Part shown: piece by piece, positions 58,601 through 64,000 of the stretch
Position numbering within the stretch: position 1 is the first letter of the stretch
How the letters are laid out: each line of letters opens with the position of its first letter
Source: an uncultured bacterium
GTDB lineage: Bacteria; Fidelibacterota; UBA2242
Assembly (NCBI GenBank): GCA_964589175.1
Contig: CAZPRY010000016.1
Location: 5,559 to 69,558, forward strand
Reading direction: 5' to 3'
DNA: 64,000 nucleotides
Program-made: the position numbers and the translations under genes
Notes under the pieces: model-generated
Databases searched by the model: none
The model's input: only the letters and a program-made list of their open reading frames with translations
Told to the model about the DNA's origin: nothing

Positions 58601-59191
58601 GATTTCCCAGTTGACCAGCTGGCCGGAGTTTTTGGAGGTATCGGCATCGGCGATATGCAGTCGCCAGCTGCCGTTGCCGGATTCGCCGAACAGCTCCGCG
58701 GGCATGTCCATCGGCTGGATATCCGGGTAAAACGGCGGGAGTGAATTGTCAAACGTATTCTCGCTGGAGTTCGTAAAAACCAGGGGGATTCCCAACCCGC
58801 TATTGCCTTTGAAATAGCCTTCGATCTTATTGAATTTATCGAATACAACCAGCGGTTTGTAATACAGTTTGTGCCCAAGTCCGTCGGTGATAGAGTGGAC
58901 TTCCTCAAATTCGTAGTCGGTTGCCCGGTAGATTTTGTAGCCCTCGAAATTGTTCCATTTGGCGGGAACATCCGGGTAAAGCTTCTGCAAAACACTGTCA
59001 ATATCGCTCTCGGGTTTGGCGTTCCAGTACACCTTCACAAAGCCGTCGCCCGGAACGGCATCCACATCCGGATTCGTGGGCGACACGGGCTCAAGATACT
59101 GGGCCTGCCCCAAACTGATCATAAACACAATTGTACCCAGCGCCCGGGAAAATCCTTTCATAACGAAGTCCTTGTTGATCTTTCTTATCAT
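55628..59191 (-). CDS. Large secreted protein: Fn3-like core, inserted P-domain and CBM-like modules, VVPNPY-type C-terminal domain
   Basis: ATG 59191 overlaps the upstream stop (ATGA); alternative start 59161. Motifs AVPGDG.V.VYW, FEGYKIYRATD, YFYAVVAYD, SVVPNPY...GKLAIIR. Confidence 0.85.
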   Translation of the reverse strand: MIRKINKDFVMKGFSRALGTIVFMISLGQAQYLEPVSPTNPDVDAVPGDGFVKVYWNAKPESDIDSVLQKLYPDVPAKWNNFEGYKIYRATDYEFEEVHSITDGLGHKLYYKPLVVFDKFNKIEGYFKGNSGLGIPLVFTNSSENTFDNSLPPFYPDIQPMDMPAELFGESGNGSWRLHIADADTSKNSGQLVNWEIGFKAAGDTGYVRHKGTITDLNVVENSGFNRFADAAKTDPESWERYQPESMFFEHSPNEAATGDALKISIDNFWEVSTKNRIDNGDFEEPADTTGWDQLTDNAAVALGWVAEYASLSSGWLTMKINSNSNSGLCWNLATASQFEPNTWVAFTVRIASENRTPNGHLYLSLNNGQEKVVDLGLIPANTTELHYYRRLNSRLTSANLYVGNGQGTVLYVDQFRASTAEYMTQEVYQRLSRVVPGAHYEWKTKIYENDPGIVVAPGYRAYQPNQVVKEFRQYGVESTVNKNTYQYFSRSFDAPEDMQDGIFFYRVDVNADEWKGQGEFILDSLVMIGNSKWGLNLYPEVSTAIDVEGASQNWDDFRVTLDIAHPWLYELDITLEAPSGDSYSLMNGQFAKSFLDGSAGLAQYLGSNSGLQYTYVDTSVNNGQRYFYAVVAYDSGDSLFNILPSEGSKRITLESDRYVFDSNTVMAIPNPYSKGYQPAALNSAGIIHTGHATGSVSLDIVDDRKIVNDSEYEIYFYDSSTDPNYALTSTIDFFAKKTTAYGVRNVTTGDTLLAYVSSIDKPSPVFEGLRLQLTNADRINIIPDSIRWSGSDLAHPEILMNLSDLSGNRFPVRYRLTFYDEIVDTSQSYKSGFVTLNARPVKLKVFDMIGNKDVKVAYRAVTGKDDFILYPLFEDTLDKTTNPVNYPYKSSWYIKLIFDSANLISLQAADKGGLFYWQDPDSTILYERVSGSKNLPPLKAGDATIVYWDDNVLVPSQANPVNVTLKSDTLLNPGLFYFKGWMKSTSEQSLSFGIGGQNTTFTVGQSFTELKIPIEIDQAGNLQVVWHSTGDDTLWIYDISITEKYRYADGDFLDVATTIKFSSDDNYRFSTLAASQGLVTDDGWSNFSVVPNPYIVSASWDYSPDLPGNFPNKVAFINLTADAVLRIYTVRGDLVRKLQHTGDIFDGTLAWDLLNESGKKVAFGIYIYHITSSTLGEKTGKLAIIR

Positions 59192-62100
59192 TTGATCACC
59201 GCAAATTTTCCAATAAAGTCTTCTTTCAAATTGGGTCCCGAGACATGAAAAACATAAACGCCGTAGGCAATCGGCAACCCATCGCGACTGAGCAGGTTCC
59301 ACGAAACCGCACCGCTCGTGTAGGAGCCGTTTTGACGGAGCGTCTGGACCAGATCGCCGCGCACGGAGTAAACTCGTATCGTTGATGCCACCGGAATATT
59401 GATGAAATCGATGCGCCGTTCCGCGCGTCCCTGTTCCAGGTTATTACGCGGTTCCCAGATGGCCGTACACAGGTAAGGATTGGGTACCACCGAAATCTTT
59501 CCCCGCTCGCGGGTGGCCACATCGGGGTCACTACGCGCACCGGTAATCGTGATCGTAAATTCATCAACCCGGCTGAGCGGTTTTTGCGTAGTAATGTTCA
59601 GATCAATTTGCGTTGCAGGCAGGGCAGCACCGGTCACCAATCCCCGAAAAGTCAGCATCCAGGTAGCGTGTTTCTGAACCGCATTCGGATTCGAAGCTGT
59701 GGCCGCCGGCAGCGATTCGAAGAAAACCAGGGTATCCTCTACTCCGAAGATTTGATCGCCGTTGTCGCGAACCGCCAGGTCGACAGCTTTGCCGCTGCGC
59801 AGGTTGCCGGCCGATACATTGATATCCATGCTTTCAAATTGTCCATAAGCGCCATCCGTTGCATACGAGGCGTAGGCAATGCTGCTGAACGTGAGCCTGT
59901 AATCATCCGGGACCTGGTGCCCGCCCATTCTCCATTTGCGCAATTGCGGCTCGACGGTGACACCGCTGCTGCTCCAGGTCAATGAGGACAGTTCCGCCAG
60001 CCAGGTATTATCAATGAAAAGTTGCATCCCCAAAGGATAATCCGGGATGGTCGTAAAACTTTTAGGAAATATCAGCGACGGCATTGTATTGAGTGAACGG
60101 GCGATATTCGCCAGGCTCTGATCATCAATACCGAAACGGCTGCTCTTATCCACAACGGTATCGATCACCGCCTGCCCGTCGGTATCCTGATGATAATCAT
60201 AAATCGCATAGTAGCTCGTGGTTCGCGCAAAAGCTTCGTCGGCGTCGCGCAGGGTCGGCGGAAAAATGAGCAGCGTATCTTTGGAGTCCTGGGCTGTTCT
60301 GAAGCGGATATTAATTAATTGGGTGTCGATGCTGGCGGCTATATAGATCAGTGAATCCCGGAATTGATACACCAGTGTATCTTCGCAATAGTCAAGGCCG
60401 TCGCCGTCATTGTCGACGCGATCCGTCGCAGTGTCCCAGAAATTGACATGAATTTCATGCTCGGTCTCGGCCGCCAGAACTCCCGGATTGATCAATTTAT
60501 AGAAGAGGTTGCCGTCGCCGTCACCACTGACCCGGGCCACGCCCCGCGACGTATCCGGAGGAATGTACCCGGCCACATTGGCGGTCGGTTGAATAACCAC
60601 CGTATTTTTATCGAGTAGAACCCGGCCGCCCAACTCCTGAATCGTCTTCGAGCATTCGGCCGGAAATATGGCGGTGCTGGCGTCACCGTGATCGTACGAG
60701 ACGACGGCATAATAGTAATTCATACCGTTGTTAACGGTCGTATCCGTATAGGTATAACGGAGACCGCTGTCATTGCCGAGGTAAAACGAGATTCCGCCCG
60801 TAAACGAGGCATCGCCCCGGTAGAATCCCTTGATCCCGTTTTTGAGGTCGAACTGGACAATCGGTTCGTAAAAATACTTGATCCCGTCGGCATTCGTGAT
60901 AGTGTTTACTTCGTTAAAACCGATGTCGGTGGCGCGATAAATTTTGTAGCCTTCGAAATCCTGTCCCAGCACCGGATCCACCGAGAACTCGGCCGCATTG
61001 TCCCAGTACAGCGTCACCCTCCCATCACCGGCAACCGCATGGACAATGGGTTTATCCGGAGGTCGTGTGAACTGGTAATTGTTGTCGTAAATCTGCTGAT
61101 TGATCTCCTTGTTGCGCAGGATATCTTCGAAATCTTCGCCGAACAGCAAAGCCATGGAGAAACGTTCACTGAAGCCGACCGGCAACGGAAAATAGCCTGA
61201 GCCATAGATAAAATCACCATCGGCCGGTTCTAAGACGATTTCATCGTAGTTACCCGGCGTCTGGCGTGTCCAGAGTTCACCGGGCGCCCCGCTGGACCAT
61301 TTATAATCGTCGCTCATGCGCACCTTGCCGGGTGGTGTAAAGTAATTGAAACTGGTCAGGCCGATCTGGTCGGACTCGTTGACGTCAACCCCATCGAAAT
61401 TGGGTTCACCGGCGGTCGGCACGCCGTCGCCTTCGCCGTCATCCGCCGATCCGGGAACACCATCGGCGCCGACATCATGCAACACGGCATCCCAATCGCC
61501 GTCGTTATCGATACCATCATTGCGGCGTTCATCGATCAACAGATCCTGCTTCCCGGCGCCCGTCAGATAATCCACATACTTCAGCGGCGGCAGCGGTTCA
61601 AAACCTTCCCCGCGGTTGCGGCGGTTATAGTAATGCGTATAGTAATCTTCATCGATGATGCCGTTGAGATTGTCATCGATCAGGTTACCGACAATATCTT
61701 CCAGCGCCAACCCGGCGTTCAGAATGATGCGCTTGCCGCCGGTGTAGACCGTATCCGGAAAACTTTCGATCGTATGGATTTCCCGCTCATAGGTATTCGG
61801 CGCAATCAGGATCACCCGGTCGCCCACCTGGTAGGTTCGCGGTAAAAAGGTGGATTCAGACATGTATGGCGACGCGGCATCGTGGCTGTCGCCGTCGTTA
61901 TCGATACCGTCGAAGGGATTACCCGGGCTTTCCAGGAAAGCGTATCCGGCGTAACCCACCGGTCCGTCATAACAGGGACTGTAAGCGGGCGGAGCGTCCC
62001 AGCTGTAGGTGATATCGTTCTCGTTATCGAAGAAAGAGAGATCGTCCTGGGCGTCGATATGATCGTTGCAGCGCCCACCGCTCAATGACCCGACCATCAT

Positions 62101-63045
62101 TCCGAATGTCACTTTGGGGTAGTTGGTGGTGCCGTTGTTGTTCACTTCGTACAACCAGTAGATGATATCTTCCGCCAGGAAGTGTGACCACTGCAATCCG
62201 CGTACCGATACCTTGAGGGCCGAACCGTACTTGGCCGGATTCATGGAATCGGGCATAAAAACCCGGGGACCGTCACCCTGGTAGAAAAAATTAAACTCCC
62301 CGTCCTTGGAATCATCCATCACAAAATAGGATTCCTGGTCCGCCGCCATGACACCGCGTCCGAAATAACCGTTCCAATAGGGTACCCCGGTCGGATCCAC
62401 CCAACTGGGTTTATCGGGCCAGAACCAGGGCCATGTATCCGGCTTTCCATCTTCATCATTATCGAGATCGTCGGAAAGGGCGATACTCTCCTGCCTCTCA
62501 TCGGCATAACCGGGCAATGGCTCCAGCGTCCAGGTAATCTGTCCGCTGCCGGGGCCGTCCGTCCAGCCGCGCGGACCATCGGAAGTCGCCACAGAAGTCA
62601 CCGTATCCGCAAATCGGACATAAAGCGTATCGTTGCTCTGGCGATGCGATTGATAGTCCGGCCGGCGCATGAGTTTTGTGAGAGAATCGAGGCCCGAAAT
62701 CTGGTAGTCGATTCCACTGATGGTTCCGGTGCTGCTGTTGTATAAAAATCTCCATTCCCAGCTGCGCGCCAATTGAACGCCGAAGAGCGGACTGACATCC
62801 CCGACATAGTTATTGCCGCTGCCCCGCGGCCATTCGCCTTCGGGGCTGGTGCCGGTCACATCCCCGGCTACCAAACCGGTATTGCGAAAGAGGGTCCTGA
62901 CTTTATTGCCGTTATGGATGCCCTCCTTGCGATAGGTTCGGTCACCCAGGGCTTCCGTATTCTGGGCAGCGAGATATTGGCTAAAAACGGATAAAACAAT
63001 GAAAGCGATAAAGTACTTTTTCATGGATTTCATGCTTATTCTCAT
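59188..63045 (-). CDS. Large secreted protein with DGxDNDGD Ca-binding-like repeats, Fn3-like core and VVPNPY-type C-terminal domain
   Basis: Signal peptide (likely start 63024), HNGNKVRT.F.N.G, EWPRGSG, DGIDNDGD repeats, AGDGRVTLYW, FEGYKIYRATD, SVVPNPY...GKFAVIK. Confidence 0.88.
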   Translation of the reverse strand: MRISMKSMKKYFIAFIVLSVFSQYLAAQNTEALGDRTYRKEGIHNGNKVRTLFRNTGLVAGDVTGTSPEGEWPRGSGNNYVGDVSPLFGVQLARSWEWRFLYNSSTGTISGIDYQISGLDSLTKLMRRPDYQSHRQSNDTLYVRFADTVTSVATSDGPRGWTDGPGSGQITWTLEPLPGYADERQESIALSDDLDNDEDGKPDTWPWFWPDKPSWVDPTGVPYWNGYFGRGVMAADQESYFVMDDSKDGEFNFFYQGDGPRVFMPDSMNPAKYGSALKVSVRGLQWSHFLAEDIIYWLYEVNNNGTTNYPKVTFGMMVGSLSGGRCNDHIDAQDDLSFFDNENDITYSWDAPPAYSPCYDGPVGYAGYAFLESPGNPFDGIDNDGDSHDAASPYMSESTFLPRTYQVGDRVILIAPNTYEREIHTIESFPDTVYTGGKRIILNAGLALEDIVGNLIDDNLNGIIDEDYYTHYYNRRNRGEGFEPLPPLKYVDYLTGAGKQDLLIDERRNDGIDNDGDWDAVLHDVGADGVPGSADDGEGDGVPTAGEPNFDGVDVNESDQIGLTSFNYFTPPGKVRMSDDYKWSSGAPGELWTRQTPGNYDEIVLEPADGDFIYGSGYFPLPVGFSERFSMALLFGEDFEDILRNKEINQQIYDNNYQFTRPPDKPIVHAVAGDGRVTLYWDNAAEFSVDPVLGQDFEGYKIYRATDIGFNEVNTITNADGIKYFYEPIVQFDLKNGIKGFYRGDASFTGGISFYLGNDSGLRYTYTDTTVNNGMNYYYAVVSYDHGDASTAIFPAECSKTIQELGGRVLLDKNTVVIQPTANVAGYIPPDTSRGVARVSGDGDGNLFYKLINPGVLAAETEHEIHVNFWDTATDRVDNDGDGLDYCEDTLVYQFRDSLIYIAASIDTQLINIRFRTAQDSKDTLLIFPPTLRDADEAFARTTSYYAIYDYHQDTDGQAVIDTVVDKSSRFGIDDQSLANIARSLNTMPSLIFPKSFTTIPDYPLGMQLFIDNTWLAELSSLTWSSSGVTVEPQLRKWRMGGHQVPDDYRLTFSSIAYASYATDGAYGQFESMDINVSAGNLRSGKAVDLAVRDNGDQIFGVEDTLVFFESLPAATASNPNAVQKHATWMLTFRGLVTGAALPATQIDLNITTQKPLSRVDEFTITITGARSDPDVATRERGKISVVPNPYLCTAIWEPRNNLEQGRAERRIDFINIPVASTIRVYSVRGDLVQTLRQNGSYTSGAVSWNLLSRDGLPIAYGVYVFHVSGPNLKEDFIGKFAVIK

Positions 63046-63052
63046 ACCACTG

Positions 63053-64000
63053 TTAAAAGTCTACCTGATAGCCAAAGGTGATACGCATCGGGCTGCTGTA
63101 GCGGGACGGATCGTTGAAGTACTCCCGCAGCGAGTTAATCGCCTGCCCGAACTCACCATGATGGAAGGTGTTCTCGACCTGTGTATAGGTCGAGCGCCCG
63201 CTATCACCATAAACATTGGTTTCGTTCAATGCGTCAAAGAGATTATTGATTTTGGTATAGATCGTGTGATCCAAACCGAAAATCCGGAAGGTCTTGGTGG
63301 CTTTAAAATCCACATTCGTATAAAACGGTTTGCGGCCATCGTTTCTCAGGAAGGGCGAAGGCGTGCTGCGCGATTCGGCGTTGTACGGCAGGCCGCTGCC
63401 CAGCGTCATGAGGAAACTCGCCGTCCAGTTACCGGGATTGCCAAGAACCACGTTGGCGTTCAGCGTATGACGGCGATCCCAGTCCAGCGGCAGAATTTGC
63501 TTCTCAATTTCCGTTCCCGAAGTCAAACGGCTGATGCCCGCGTTGGGATCGGAACCGGTTCCCTCGGCAATTTGAAAAGTGTAGTCGATGCTGAAGCTGT
63601 AGCCGGTGTCGAAGCGGCGGCGCAACTGCAGCGTAATGCCGCGGATGCTGGCGAACTCGGAATTGATATACTGATCGTAGAGGCGGCCGTCCCGGGCTTT
63701 CACGCGGCGTTCCTTGTTGATCCAACCGCGCACATCGCGTACATAATAATCGATATTGGCCTTGATATTGCTCCCCAGTTGCTGTTGCAAACCGATCTCA
63801 TAACTAATGGTCTGCTCGGCTTCCAAATCCGGATTGCCCATCGTCTCGATGGCCGAAATATCGTTACCAAGTTCCCATTCCGGGTTGGTGTACAAATTTT
63901 CAAAATTAGGGATCTGAAAGAAATGACCGTAAGAAATGTGAATCACGCCCTGGTCGGTGATCGGATAGGCCAATCCCAGCCGCGGGCTGATCTGCACTTT
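63053..64000 (-). CDS. TonB-dependent receptor, C-terminal part (gene starts beyond the window)
   Basis: ISPRLGLAYPI, SYGHFFQ.P, GNPDL.AEQT.SYEIG, LDWDRRH, INNLFD..N, terminal F. Confidence 0.92.
   Translation of the reverse strand, partial: KVQISPRLGLAYPITDQGVIHISYGHFFQIPNFENLYTNPEWELGNDISAIETMGNPDLEAEQTISYEIGLQQQLGSNIKANIDYYVRDVRGWINKERRVKARDGRLYDQYINSEFASIRGITLQLRRRFDTGYSFSIDYTFQIAEGTGSDPNAGISRLTSGTEIEKQILPLDWDRRHTLNANVVLGNPGNWTASFLMTLGSGLPYNAESRSTPSPFLRNDGRKPFYTNVDFKATKTFRIFGLDHTIYTKINNLFDALNETNVYGDSGRSTYTQVENTFHHGEFGQAINSLREYFNDPSRYSSPMRITFGYQVDF

Overview
A 64-kb bacterial chromosomal segment, mostly about 50% GC by eye, with three AT-rich inserts (about 0.6-3.3 kb, 21.1-25.2 kb and 41.0-42.1 kb). 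The MacB/FtsX-type permeases ending in NPxxxLRYE, the T9SS-like C-terminal domains, a PorV/PorQ-family barrel and AGGAG ribosome-binding sites suggest an FCB-superphylum lineage outside Bacteroidota, such as KSB1, Marinimicrobia or Calditrichota; this is inference only. Core genes: an RND efflux operon, a multi-PAS hybrid histidine kinase, four ABC permeases, peptidases (M49, PepT), acyl-CoA ligase, CDF transporter, peroxiredoxin, serine hydrolase and PutP. A minus-strand glycan-uptake locus runs TonB-dependent receptor, two giant secreted proteins with a VVPNPY-type C-terminal domain, PorV/PorQ, parvulin, SSS symporter, TrmB and GH13; no SusD-like gene is visible in the window. Features not shown by the ORF track: (1) an attI-like site and three attC-bounded cassettes with no integrase in the window; (2) two toxin-antitoxin modules, each bracketed by the same left and right repeats; (3) a nuclease-NACHT gene split by a single in-frame TAG; (4) a 261-bp internally deleted IS200 element inserted in a T9SS C-terminal-domain remnant; (5) two collapsed permease mini-genes of 18 and 38 aa; (6) a shared sigma-54 promoter with tandem palindromic enhancer sites before two permease units; (7) a candidate sigma-54-driven C-rich small RNA; (8) a circularly permuted P-domain nested inside a surface protein. 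All family assignments come from recognising motifs by eye; no database search was run.
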